Source: an uncultured Acidobacteriota bacterium
Lineage (GTDB): Bacteria; Acidobacteriota; Polarisedimenticolia; J045
DNA: 64,000 nt
Assembly (NCBI GenBank): GCA_963702425.1
Contig: CAVPCQ010000021.1
Location: forward strand, 1-64,000
Direction of reading: 5' to 3'
The position numbers and the translations under genes were made by a program. Position 1 is the first letter of the stretch. Every line of letters begins with the position of its first letter. Positions 1-10,208 of this stretch are shown in pieces. Below the pieces are notes generated by a model. It was not told the origin of the DNA. It was given only the letters and a program-made list of their open reading frames with translations, and made no database searches.

Positions 1-1
1 G

Positions 2-1460
2 CTGCTCTCCGGCACGCTCGTCTACGGCCTCGGCGGCGTCCTCCAGCGTCTCGTCTCGGTCCTGCTGCTGCCGGTCCTGACCCGCTACCTCGTGCCGGCC
101 GAGTACGGCGTCGTCGGCGTGCTCGACGTGCTGGCGACGAGCCTGGTGGCGATCCTGTCGCTGGGGTTCGGGACCTCGATGACGGTCTCCTACTTCGCCG
201 ACGCCGCCACCGCGCGGCGCGATCGCACCGTCTCGACCGCCTTCTGGATCCTGGCCGGCGCGACGGGCCTGACGCTGGCGCTGGCGCTCCCCTCCGCCGG
301 CCGGATCGCCGCGTTCCTGGTCGACGACGCCGCGGCGGCGCCGCTCGTCACGCTGTCGCTCGTCACCTCGTCCCTCTCCGTGCTGGCGCTCCCCTTCACG
401 CTGCGGCTGCAGTTCGAGCAGCGCGCCGGCCGGCAGACCGCGCTTTCGGTCGCCGCCGCGGTCCTGACCGCGGTCTTCTCCCTGCTCTTCGTCGTCGGGC
501 TCGGCCGCGGCGTGGCCGGGCTGCTCGAAGGGCGCCTCGTCGGGCAGGTCGCCGGTTTCCTGCTCTACGCCGCGACCTTCCCGCCGACGGCGCCTCGCCG
601 GGGCTGGCGCGATCGACGGCGCGGCCGCCGGGGAGCTGCTGCGGCTCGGCCTGCCGATGGTCCCGTCGTTCGCCACCCTCTTCGTGCTGCAGCAGGGCAA
701 CCGCTGGTTCCTCTCGCTCTTCCGCGGGATGGACGCGGTCGGCGTTTTCACCGTCGGCACACAGCTCGGCGCGCTGGTGGCGCTCGCGGTGACGGCCTTC
801 AACATCGCGTGGACTCCCTACTTCATGGGCTTCTCCGAGCGCCGCGACGAGGCGGGTCCCGCGCTCGCCCGCGCCGTCACCTGGTACGTCTTCGTCTTCG
901 GCGCGATGAGCCTGCTGGTCTTCGGCGGCGCGCGGGCGGCCCTGATGATCCTCGCCGGGCCGGGGTACGAGCCCGGCTTCCGCGTCGCCGGCGCGGCTGC
1001 GGCGGCGCAGGCGCTGATCGGCGCCTACTCGCTCTTCACGCCGCCGTCGGTCTTCGCCCGGGAGATCCACTACACCAGCCTGGTCCAGGCCGCGACGCTG
1101 GTCCTGGCGATCACGCTCAACCTGCTGCTGATCCCGCCGTGGGGGATGATCGGCGCCGCGCTGGCGCTGGTCCTCGGCCCCCTGGTGCGGGTGACCTGCC
1201 TCGTCGCCTGGAACCGCTCGCGCGGTGCGCGCTACGTCCGGATCCCGGTCGATCGGCGCCGCGTCCTCGCGTTCCTCGCGGCCGCGACGCCGGCGGCGGT
1301 CCTCCTCACCCTCCCCCGGGCCTGGACGCTGCCTGCCGAGCTGGTTGTCTTCATCGCGACGGCACTCTTCACGGTGGCCCTCGTGCTGGCTTTCTCCACC
1401 CCCGCCGAGCGGGAGGCCTTGCGGCGCCTGCCGACCGATAATCGGAGCCGTGGCGGATGA
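2..1460 (+). CDS. Polysaccharide flippase (Wzx-like); 5' partial, apparent frameshift near 600
   Basis: LLLPVLTRYLVPAEYGVVG and many TM helices in frame 2. Continues in ORF 657..1460 (GNRWFLS..DAVGVF..LNLLLIPPWGMIGAALA). Confidence 0.8.
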
Positions 1461-2645
1461 ACCGCATGGCCATTGAACCCGGCAGCGGCGGCCCCGGAGC
1501 GAGAGTCCTCGTGCTCTCGTTCAGCGACCTCGCGACCGACCCGCGAGTCAACCGCCAGCTCCGGTTCCTCGCGCCGCGCCACCAGGTCACGGCCGCCGGC
1601 TGGGCCGATCCGCGCATCGCCGGCGTCCGCTTCGTCCCGCTCGACCCGCGGCGCAAGCCGCTCCCGAGGCGCCTGCTCGCCGCGGCGCGCCTGCTCGCCG
1701 GCCGCTTCGACGCCTACTACTGGAACCGCAGCGAGGTCGTCGACTGCCGCGAGCGCCTGGCGGAGCCTCGGCGCCGAGGCCGATGTCGTCATCGCCAACG
1801 ACATCGACGCGCTGCCGGTCGCGCTGGCGCTCGCGCCGCGCGCCCGCGTGCTGTTCGACGCCCACGAGTACGCGCCGCTCGAATTCGAGGATCGCCTCTT
1901 CTTCCGCGTCTTCCAGCAGCGCTTCCGCGCCTGGCTGTGCCGGACCTTCATCCCGCGCGCGGCCGCGATGACGACGGTCTGCGAGAGCATCGCCGAGGCC
2001 TACGAGCGCGACACCGGCGTGCGCGCCGAGATCGTCCTGAATGCTCCCGACTACGAACCGCTCGCGCCCTCCGACACCGCGGCGCGCGGCGGAGCGATTC
2101 GCCTCGTCCACCACGGCGCCGCGATCCGCTCGCGCCGGATCGAGGCGATGATCCGCACCCTGCGCCTGCTCGACGCGCGCTTCACACTCGACCTCTACCT
2201 GACCGGCGCCGACCGGGCCTACTTCGACGAGCTGCGCCGCGAGGTCGGCGGCGACGCGCGGGTCCGCTTCAACGACCCGGTCCCGATGCGCGAGCTGCCG
2301 CACGTGCTCAACGCGTACGACGTCGGCCTGTTCCTGCTCGAGCCGACCAACTTCAACTACCGCTTCGCGCTGCCGAACAAGCTGTTCGAGTTCGTGCAGG
2401 CCCGGCTGGCGGTGGCGATCGGACCGTCGCCCGAGATGGCCCGCGTCGTGCACGAGCACGACCTGGGGATCGTGACCGACGACTTCCGGCCCGAATCGAT
2501 GGCCCGCGCCCTCGCGGCCCTCGACGCCGCGACGATCATGCGCTTCAAGGCCAGCGCCGACGCCGCAGCCCGCGCGCTCTCCTCCGACGCCGCGCGCGAA
2601 ACGGTCACGCGGATCGTCGACCGGCTCGCCGCGGAGCGCGCCTGA
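1457..2645 (+). CDS. Glycosyltransferase (GT4-like); apparent frameshift near 1765
   Basis: N-terminal RVLVLSFSDLATDPRVNRQ in ORF 1457. DVVIAND, FDAHE and LPNKLFEFVQA in ORF 1473. Confidence 0.85.
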
Positions 2646-2646
2646 G

Positions 2647-4581
2647 ATGTGCGGGATCGCCGGCCAACTCGCCGCGCCCGGGCGCACCGTCGATGCGGCC
2701 GCGCTGACCGCGGCGTCGGAACTCCTGGCGCACCGCGGGCCGGACGACTTCGCCTACCTCGGTTGGCGCGACGGTCGTCCGCTCCATCCGACCCGTGACC
2801 CGCGCACGCTGGCCGGCGCGGCGGTCGGCCTCGCGCACCGGCGCCTGTCGATCCTCGACCTCTCCCCGGCCGGCCGGCAGCCGATGGTTGCGCACGACGG
2901 GGTGCGGGCGATCGTCTTCAACGGCGAGATCTACAACTACCGCGAGCTGCGCGCCGAGCTGGAGCGCGCCGGGCGGCGCTTCGCGACCGGCACCGACACC
3001 GAGATCCTGCTCGCGGCCTACTCGGCCTGGGGCGACGCGGCCTTCGCGCGCTTCACCGGGATGTTCGCGCTGGCGATCCTCGACCTGCCGGCCCGCGCGC
3101 TGGTGCTGGGCCGCGATCCGTTCGGGATCAAGCCGCTCTACTGGACCCGGCGCGATGGCGGCTTCTCGTTCGCCTCCGAGATCCCCGCGCTGCTGGCGCT
3201 CTCCGGCACGCCGCCGCGCGCCAACCCGGCCCGGCTCTACACCTACCTGCGCTACGGCCTGTCGGACCACGGCGACGCCACCCTCTTCGCCGGGATCGAG
3301 CAGCTTCCCGCGGCGACGCTGCTGCGCGTGCCGCTCGACGACCCCTCGGCCGGCCGCCCGGCGCGCTTCTGGGACCTCCCGGACGGCCCGCCGCTCGCGC
3401 TCTCCTTCGACGACGCGGCGCGCGAGCTGCGCCGCCTGTTCCTCGAGAGCGTCGCGCTCCACCTGCGCTCGGACGTCCCGGTCGGATCGGCTCTTTCCGG
3501 CGGGATCGACTCCTCGTCGATCGTCGCCGCGATCCGCTCGCTCGAAGGGGATGCACTCGACCAGCACGCGGTCAGCTACGTCGCCGACGACCCGGCGCTC
3601 AGCGAGGAGCGCTGGATCGAGCAGGCGGCGCGGGCCGCGCGGGTCACGCTGCACCGGACCTCCCCGCGCGAGGAGGAGCTGGTCGCCGACCTCGAGCGGC
3701 TGATCCGCGTCCAGGGCGAGCCGTTCGGCAGCACCAGCATCTATGCGCAGCACGCCGTCTTCCGCGCCGCGTCCGGGGCCGGGCTGAAGGTGATGCTCGA
3801 CGGCCAGGGGGCCGACGAGATGCTCGCCGGCTACCGCCCGCACCTGGCAGCGCGCGCGGTCTCGCTGCTCGCCGGCGGCCGCCTGCTCGACGCCTGGCGC
3901 TTCGCGCGCGCCGCCGCGCGGCTGCCGGGGGATGCGGCGGCGGCGCTGCGCTCGGGCCTGGCCTTCCACCTGCTGCCGGCTCCGCTGCACGGCCTGGCGC
4001 GCTCCGCCGCCGGCAAGCCGTTCGTCCCGCCCTGGCTCGACGCGCGCGCCTTCCCCGGCGTCGACCTCGCGACCTCGCCGTTCCCGCGGATGGCCGGCCG
4101 CAGCGCCCTGCGCGACCTCCTGCGCGCCCAACTGTTCGAGACCTCGCTCCCGATGCTGCTGCGCTACGAGGACCGCAACTCGATGGCGTTCTCGATCGAG
4201 AGCCGCGTTCCCTTCCTGACGACCGACCTCGCGACCTTCCTGCTGTCGCTTCCGGAGGACTACCTGGTCGCAGCGGACGGCACCTCGAAGGCGGTCTTCC
4301 GCGCCGCGATGCGCGGCCTCGTCCCGGACGCCATCCTGGACCGGCGCGACAAGATCGGGTTCGCCACCCCCGAGCAGGCCTGGCTGACGCGCCTCGCACC
4401 GTGGGTGGACGGCGTGCTGGCGAGCGACACCGCGCGCGCGATCCCGGCGCTCGCGCTTCCCGAAGCGCAGGCCGAGTGGAACGCGGTGCGCGCTGGAGAT
4501 CGGCCGTTCGGCTGGCACATCTGGCGGATCATCAACCTCGTGCGCTGGACGGAGACGTTCGGCGTCGCATACGGCGACTGA
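2647..4581 (+). CDS. asnB: Asparagine synthase (glutamine-hydrolysing) family amidotransferase, probably polysaccharide-modifying
   Basis: MCGIAG N-terminus, HRGPD, FNGEIYNY, LSGGIDSS, LDGQGADE, ESRVPFL; sits inside a glycosyltransferase cluster. Confidence 0.93.
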   Translation: MCGIAGQLAAPGRTVDAAALTAASELLAHRGPDDFAYLGWRDGRPLHPTRDPRTLAGAAVGLAHRRLSILDLSPAGRQPMVAHDGVRAIVFNGEIYNYRELRAELERAGRRFATGTDTEILLAAYSAWGDAAFARFTGMFALAILDLPARALVLGRDPFGIKPLYWTRRDGGFSFASEIPALLALSGTPPRANPARLYTYLRYGLSDHGDATLFAGIEQLPAATLLRVPLDDPSAGRPARFWDLPDGPPLALSFDDAARELRRLFLESVALHLRSDVPVGSALSGGIDSSSIVAAIRSLEGDALDQHAVSYVADDPALSEERWIEQAARAARVTLHRTSPREEELVADLERLIRVQGEPFGSTSIYAQHAVFRAASGAGLKVMLDGQGADEMLAGYRPHLAARAVSLLAGGRLLDAWRFARAAARLPGDAAAALRSGLAFHLLPAPLHGLARSAAGKPFVPPWLDARAFPGVDLATSPFPRMAGRSALRDLLRAQLFETSLPMLLRYEDRNSMAFSIESRVPFLTTDLATFLLSLPEDYLVAADGTSKAVFRAAMRGLVPDAILDRRDKIGFATPEQAWLTRLAPWVDGVLASDTARAIPALALPEAQAEWNAVRAGDRPFGWHIWRIINLVRWTETFGVAYGD

Positions 4582-4585
4582 CGCG

Positions 4586-5962
4586 ATGCCGCGCCGCCTC
4601 CTGCTGCTGAGTTACTACTACCCGCCGACGGCGTCGGTCGGGGGGGTGAGGGCCGCGGGGCTGGCCAAGTACCTGCCGCGTTTCGGCTGGGAGGCGACCG
4701 TCATCACGCCGGCGGTCGCGGGCCGCGCGGGCAGGGAGGCGGGCGATCCCGGCGGGCGTGCTCCCGGCGGGCGCGCGCCGGGCGCGCCGCGCCTGCTCGA
4801 GACCGCCGACCGCGACACCGCGCGGCGCCTGAAACAGCTCTTCGGCCTGCAGCCCGACGCCGCGCTCAAGGACCTCGCCGCCGGCAGCGACGCCGCCCCG
4901 CCCGCCGCGCGCGCTGGACGTTCGGCCGCGATCGAGATGGTCAAGGCGCTCGTCGCCTTCCCCGACGCGCACCGCGCGTGGGCGCGCCTGGCGGCCGAGG
5001 CGGCAGTGGAAGCCGCCGGGCCCGCGGGCGGGCCCACGGGCGGCCGCAACGCCGAGGCGCCTCCGTATCACGCCATCCTCTCCACCTCGCCGCCCCACTC
5101 CGTTCACCTCGGCGCCGCCCGCGCCGCGCGCGCGACCGGCCTTCCCTGGATCGCCGACCTGCGCGACCTCTGGTCGACCGACCGCAACTCCGTCGCGCCG
5201 GCGTGGCGGAGACGGCTCGAAGGGAGCCTGGAGCGGCGGACCTTCGCCACGGCGTCGGCGCTGGTCACGGTCTCGGAGCCGCTCGCCGCGGAGCTGCGCG
5301 CGCTCTACCCCGCGATCCCCGCGCACGCGATCCCCAACGGCTTCGACCCCGAACTGGCCGGTCTCGCCGCCGGACCGTCGAAGGACTTCGTCCTCACGCA
5401 CACCGGGACCTTCTACCAGGGGCGCCGCGACCCCTCGCTGCTGTTCGACGCGCTGGCGTCGCTGCTGGCCGCGGGGAAGCTGCCGCGCGAGCGCGTCAAG
5501 GTCCGGCTGTACGCGCGCCACGAGCCGTGGGTCCTCGCGATGGCCGAGGCCCGCGGCCTCGCCGGCGTGGTCGAGGTCCTCCCGTGGGCCCCGCGCGAGG
5601 AGGCGCTCCGCGCGCAGCAGGAATCGCAGGGGCTGCTGCTGCTGCACTGGGGCGGCGAGCGCGAGGCCGGCGTCTTCACCGGGAAGATCTTCGAGTACCT
5701 CGCGGCGCGCCGGCCGATCCTGCTGATCGGCGGCGGCGAGGGGGTGCTGGCCGACCTGCTGCGCGAGACCGGCGCCGGCGTGCGCGCGACGACGCAGGAA
5801 CAACTGGAAGCCGCGCTGCTCGCCTGGTGGGCCGAGTACACGCGCGACGGCGCCGTCCGCTGGCGCGGCGACGACGCGGCCGTGGACCGCTACTCGCAGG
5901 TCCGGATGGCCGAGCGCTTCGCGAAGGTGCTGGAGGAGGTCGCCGGCCGGAAGTCAGCCTAG
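4586..5962 (+). CDS. Glycosyltransferase family 4
   Basis: LLLSYYYPP, STSPP, WIADLRDLW, IPNGFD, GKIFEYLAARRPIL. Confidence 0.9.
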   Translation: MPRRLLLLSYYYPPTASVGGVRAAGLAKYLPRFGWEATVITPAVAGRAGREAGDPGGRAPGGRAPGAPRLLETADRDTARRLKQLFGLQPDAALKDLAAGSDAAPPAARAGRSAAIEMVKALVAFPDAHRAWARLAAEAAVEAAGPAGGPTGGRNAEAPPYHAILSTSPPHSVHLGAARAARATGLPWIADLRDLWSTDRNSVAPAWRRRLEGSLERRTFATASALVTVSEPLAAELRALYPAIPAHAIPNGFDPELAGLAAGPSKDFVLTHTGTFYQGRRDPSLLFDALASLLAAGKLPRERVKVRLYARHEPWVLAMAEARGLAGVVEVLPWAPREEALRAQQESQGLLLLHWGGEREAGVFTGKIFEYLAARRPILLIGGGEGVLADLLRETGAGVRATTQEQLEAALLAWWAEYTRDGAVRWRGDDAAVDRYSQVRMAERFAKVLEEVAGRKSA

Positions 5963-6022
5963 AGCAGCAGGCGTCGGCGTCGGCATCGGTTCCCGGGCGA
6001 CGGCAGTCGCCCTGCGGTTCCT

Positions 6023-6214
6023 TCAGGGGCTCGAGAGGCCGAGGTGCTCGCTGATGTTCACTCCGTCGGTTGTCGGAACGGCGACGCGAAACGCCGCGCC
6101 GAGTGCCTTGTCGAGGGCAGACAGAACGAGCATCCTACGATGTCCGTGCCCCGCTTCATGCCCCTGTCCCCGGCCGCCATCGCGACCGTGTCGCTGTCCA
6201 GCACCTGAACTCAT
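6023..6214 (-). pseudogene. Possible remnant of a NifB/NifX-family protein
   Basis: RVAVPTTDGVNISEHLG resembles the family N-terminus (KIAxPTxDGxxISxHFG). A His/Gly-rich segment is also present but out of the usual order. Confidence 0.3.
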
Positions 6215-6577
6215 CCCAACCTCCGTCAGTCGGTCCCTGTGGCCGTCTGCCGACGAGCCTCAGCGGCAGCGGCGTCCGACCCGGCGCGGGCTGCCGTGCA
6301 CGGGGTAGCGGGCCTCGGGGCGAGTCCGGATGGCGACCGAGCCTCCGAGCAACTGCGGCGGGCGGCCCTCGCTGATCACCGTGGCGACCGCCCGCCGGGC
6401 CGTCGCGACGTTCCGCCCGGCGGGCGCACGCGACACCCCATGGTGCACCGCGATCCACGCCTGGTGGAGCCCTTCGTCATCGGCGAGGCGAAAAGGTCCG
6501 CAACGGAGACGTGAGTGATAATGAAGGGTTCCGGGGCGCCGCGGGAGTCCGGTGACCACTGAAAGCGGGAGGCGACA

Positions 6578-7081
6578 ATGGGTACACGAGGGCGTGAGAT
6601 CATCGGAATGGACATCGAGCAGCTCCTCGCGCTGCTCAACCAGGCATACGCGAGCGAGTGGCTCGCGTACTACCAGTACTGGCTCGGGGCGAAACTGATC
6701 AAGGGCCCGATGAAGGATGCCGTCGCGGCCGAACTCAGCCTGCACGCGACCGAGGAGCTGAACCACGCGGTCCTGCTGGCGAATCGTATCATCCAGCTCG
6801 GCGGCACCCCCGTCCTCATACCCGAGGGCTGGAGTGCGTTGAGCCCGTGCAAGTACGACGCGCCCGAGGACCCCTATGTAGCCGTGCTGCTCGACCAGAA
6901 CATCGCCGGGGAGCAGTGCGCGATCACGACCTACAAGGGCCTGATGGACGCCACCAAGGACAAGGACATGGTGACCTACAACCTGGCGCTCACCATCCTC
7001 GAGCAGGAGGTCGAACACGAAGAGGACCTGCAGAGCCTTCGGGAAGACCTCGAGCTGATGGTGGAACGAGGGAACAGGTGA
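6578..7081 (+). CDS. Ferritin-like DPS-like protein (DpsL/bacterioferritin-related)
   Basis: AYASEWLAYYQYW, HATEELNHA, RIIQLGG, GEQCAI, EVEHE ferroxidase motifs; GGGAGG RBS. Confidence 0.88.
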   Translation: MGTRGREIIGMDIEQLLALLNQAYASEWLAYYQYWLGAKLIKGPMKDAVAAELSLHATEELNHAVLLANRIIQLGGTPVLIPEGWSALSPCKYDAPEDPYVAVLLDQNIAGEQCAITTYKGLMDATKDKDMVTYNLALTILEQEVEHEEDLQSLREDLELMVERGNR

Positions 7082-7464
7082 GCACACCAAGCGGCGTGCC
7101 TGCAGGGAGAGCCGTCCGCAGGCGTCCCTCGGCCTGCGGCTGAGTGGCGGGCGGTGATGCTGCTGCGCTGGCGCTGATGCGGTGCCGGCCGCAGGGTGCG
7201 TGATGTTGGCGGGAAGGGCCTTACCCGCGGCGACGCTCGCGGAAAGCTTCGCTGACTCGACGCTAACGCGGTACGCCGCCTCCGGTCGCGGCACCGTGGA
7301 TGCGGGCCAGTGCTCTGGCTGCTCCATGAGGGCATCGTCTCGGCACTTGCGCGCCTGCAGGAATCGGGTTCATGCTCGCCTTCTCAGCTGGGACGCACGC
7401 ATCATGGCTCTGGAATGAGCGCGATGAGCGACAATGCGTCGCGAACCCCTGGGAGGAGGTTACC

Positions 7465-7902
7465 GTGACCCGTGCTGCAGTTCTCGCCCTGCTCCTGGTC
7501 CTGTTCATCCCTCTCGCATCGGCGCAGCAGTCTCCGGCGACGTCGCGTGCCGTCTTCATCAATCTGACCAGCGGCACCGAAGACCTCCACGCAGCGAGCA
7601 TGGGGCTCGCTCTCGCAGCCAACGCACTGACGATGGGCCGGCCTGTCATCGTGTTCCTCAACGTCCACGCGGCCAAGTTCGCTGCGGCAGATCTCCCCGC
7701 AAGCGTGAAGTTTGCCGATTTTCCTCCCGTTCGAAAGATGCTCGCGGACCTCCTCGAACACGGCGCCAAGGTCTATGTCTGCCTGCACTGCGCGCACATT
7801 GCGAAGGTACCCAAGGAGAACTTCGCGAAGGGGATGATCGGCTCGGAACACGGCGACCTTCTGAACGCACTCCCGGAGAACGTGGTTTCCTTCTCATACT
7901 GA
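7465..7902 (+). CDS. DsrE-family protein with N-terminal signal peptide
   Basis: GGAGG RBS then GTG; hydrophobic leader ending ASA; VIVFLNVHAA and VYVCLHC motifs. Confidence 0.75.
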   Translation: MTRAAVLALLLVLFIPLASAQQSPATSRAVFINLTSGTEDLHAASMGLALAANALTMGRPVIVFLNVHAAKFAAADLPASVKFADFPPVRKMLADLLEHGAKVYVCLHCAHIAKVPKENFAKGMIGSEHGDLLNALPENVVSFSY

Positions 7903-8027
7903 ATCGGCGTCGGCCGTGCCACCTCGCAAGTGGGCGCACGGTCAGGGATCGGTGCGAACGGCTCGATCAGGCATCCGGCGCCTGAAACCGGGATCCCGGC
8001 CAAGTCGGTCAACTCGTCGAACGCTCG

Positions 8028-9536
8028 CTACCCGCGCGCCCCGTTCCGCAGCCGCAGCTCGCTGTGGTGCCGGCCGTACGCGAAGTAGATCAGGAGCCCG
8101 GCCGCCAGCCAGATGATCAGCCGCCACCAGTTCTCGACCGGCAGCGACATCATCAGCAGCAGGCAGAGCGCGATCCCCAGCACCGGCGTCGCCAGCCCCC
8201 CCGGCGCGCGGAACGGCCGCTCGGCTTCCGGGTGGGTCACCCGCATGATCAGCACCGCGATGCAGACGATCACGAACGCCAGCAGCGTGCCGATGTTGGT
8301 CAGCTCGGCCAGCATCCGCAGCGGCAGGAACCCGCCCAGCAGCGCCACGACGAAGCCGGTCAGGATCGTCGACTTCCACGGCGTCCGGAACCGCTCGTGG
8401 ACCGCCCCGAAGAACTTCTGCGAGATCAGGCCGTCGCGCGCCATCGCCAGCAGGACGCGCGGCTGGCTGAGCATCATCACCAGCAGCACCGAGGTGATCC
8501 CGGCCAGCGCCCCGAGCGCCACCAGGAGCTGCACCCACGGGAGCCCGACCTGCGCGAAGGCGTCGGAGACCGGCGCGTCGATGTTGATCCGGTCGTAGGG
8601 GACCATCCCGGTCAGGACCGCCGCCACCGCGATGTAGAGCACGGTGCAGAGCAGCAGCGAGGCCACGATCCCGATCGGCACGTCCTTCTGCGGCCGCTTC
8701 GCCTCCTCGGCGTGGGTCGAGACCGAGTCGAAGCCGATGTAGGCGAAGAAGATGATCGCCGCGCCCGCCAGCATCCCCAGCGGGTGCCCGCCGGCGTCGG
8801 TCTGGCCCCAGACGGTCTGGCCGAAGAAGCTGAACCCGGCGTACCCGAACGGCGCGAACGGCTTCCAGTTGGCGGGGTTGACGTAGAACGCGCCGACCCC
8901 GATCACGAGGAAGACGATCGCCAGCTTGACGATCACCATCGCGGTGTTGAAGCCGGCGCTCTCGCGGATCCCCTTGACCAGGATGACGGTCACGACCCCG
9001 GCGATGATCATCGCCGGCAGGTCGAACCACGCGCCGGTCGAGACGAAGTGCCCGACCGAGGGGTCGTAGTCGAAGGGGGCGATCGAGAGGACCTTCGGGA
9101 CGTGGATCCCGAAGATCCCGATGAAGTCCTGGAAGTAGTGCGACCAGCCGTGCGAGACCGTGGCCGAGACGACCGTGTACTCCAGCACCAGGTCCCAGCC
9201 GATGATCCAGGCGAACAGCTCGCCCATCGTCGCGTAGGCGTAGGTGTAGGCCGAGCCCGCGACCGGCACCATCGAAGCGAACTCGGCGTAGCAGAGCGCG
9301 GCGAAGATGCAGGCGATCCCCGAGACGACGAACGACAGGATCAGCGCCGGGCCGGCCTTGTCGTGCGCGGCCTGCCCGGTCAGCACGAAGATCCCGGTCC
9401 CGATGATCGCGCCGACCCCGAGCGAGGTCAGCTGCACCGGGCCGAGGACCCGCCGCAGGCGGTTGTCGCCCTTCATCTCGTCGAGCAGCTGCTCGAGCGA
9501 CTTGCGGGCGAAGAGCGGATTTCCCGGCGTGGACAC
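8028..9536 (-). CDS. Amino acid permease (APC superfamily, cationic amino acid transporter-like)
   Basis: LGVGAIIGTGIFV, CYAEFASMVPVAGSAY, FFAYIGFD; GGAGG RBS before GTG at 9536. Confidence 0.93.
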   Translation of the reverse strand: MSTPGNPLFARKSLEQLLDEMKGDNRLRRVLGPVQLTSLGVGAIIGTGIFVLTGQAAHDKAGPALILSFVVSGIACIFAALCYAEFASMVPVAGSAYTYAYATMGELFAWIIGWDLVLEYTVVSATVSHGWSHYFQDFIGIFGIHVPKVLSIAPFDYDPSVGHFVSTGAWFDLPAMIIAGVVTVILVKGIRESAGFNTAMVIVKLAIVFLVIGVGAFYVNPANWKPFAPFGYAGFSFFGQTVWGQTDAGGHPLGMLAGAAIIFFAYIGFDSVSTHAEEAKRPQKDVPIGIVASLLLCTVLYIAVAAVLTGMVPYDRINIDAPVSDAFAQVGLPWVQLLVALGALAGITSVLLVMMLSQPRVLLAMARDGLISQKFFGAVHERFRTPWKSTILTGFVVALLGGFLPLRMLAELTNIGTLLAFVIVCIAVLIMRVTHPEAERPFRAPGGLATPVLGIALCLLLMMSLPVENWWRLIIWLAAGLLIYFAYGRHHSELRLRNGARG

Positions 9537-9665
9537 GCGGCGATCCTCCCAGGGACGGCCGCGCATCTTCGCAGCAAACCGTCCCGTCCGGGAAGGGGGC
9601 CGGCGCGGGGCTCGGCGGCCGGCCGCGCGGTTGCCCTGCCCTCTTCCGGCGCCGACAATGCCTCC

Positions 9666-10208
9666 ATGTCCGCGATGCGCTACGGCGTCTGGTTCCTGCT
9701 CGGTCTGCTTGGCGTTCTGCTCGCGATCCCGCTCGGGATGACGCTGGTCGGGCTGTTCCTGCCCGCGGAATTCACCGCCACGCGCAGCGTCACGCTGCCC
9801 GTCCCGCCGAAAGCGGCTTTTGCGCTGATCGCCGACATTCCCGGCCAGGCGGCCTGGCGCAAGGGGCTCGCGCGGGTCGAGCGCGCCGACGCCTCCGGCG
9901 GCGGCGAGGCGTGGCGCGAGGTCTACCAGGGGGGCCGCTCGATGACGCTCGAGACGAGCGAGAGCGATCCCCCGCGGCGGCTCGTCCGCACCATCGTCGC
10001 CGCCGAGGGTCCCTTCCGCGGCGCGTGGGAGTACACGGTCACGGGCGCCGCCAACGGCGGCAGCGAGCTGACGGTCGTGGAGCGGGGCGAGATCCGGAAC
10101 CCCCTCGTGCGCTTCGCGTCGCGCTACATGTTCGGGCGCGAGGCCTACCTCGACCTCTACCTGCGCGAGGTGCGGGCGCGCCTCACGGAGGCGCCGCCGG
10201 CGCCATGA
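9666..10208 (+). CDS. SRPBCC/polyketide cyclase-like protein with N-terminal TM anchor
   Basis: ATRSVTLPVPP..F..IAD..WRK, PPRRLV, FRGAWEYTV, SELTVVERGE. Confidence 0.7.
   Translation: MSAMRYGVWFLLGLLGVLLAIPLGMTLVGLFLPAEFTATRSVTLPVPPKAAFALIADIPGQAAWRKGLARVERADASGGGEAWREVYQGGRSMTLETSESDPPRRLVRTIVAAEGPFRGAWEYTVTGAANGGSELTVVERGEIRNPLVRFASRYMFGREAYLDLYLREVRARLTEAPPAP

Noticed and set aside
590-1780. Frameshifts in the flippase and glycosyltransferase as phase variation or pseudogenes
   Set aside because: No long homopolymer or SSR at the breaks and both halves are intact; similar indels occur across the window, consistent with long-read error.
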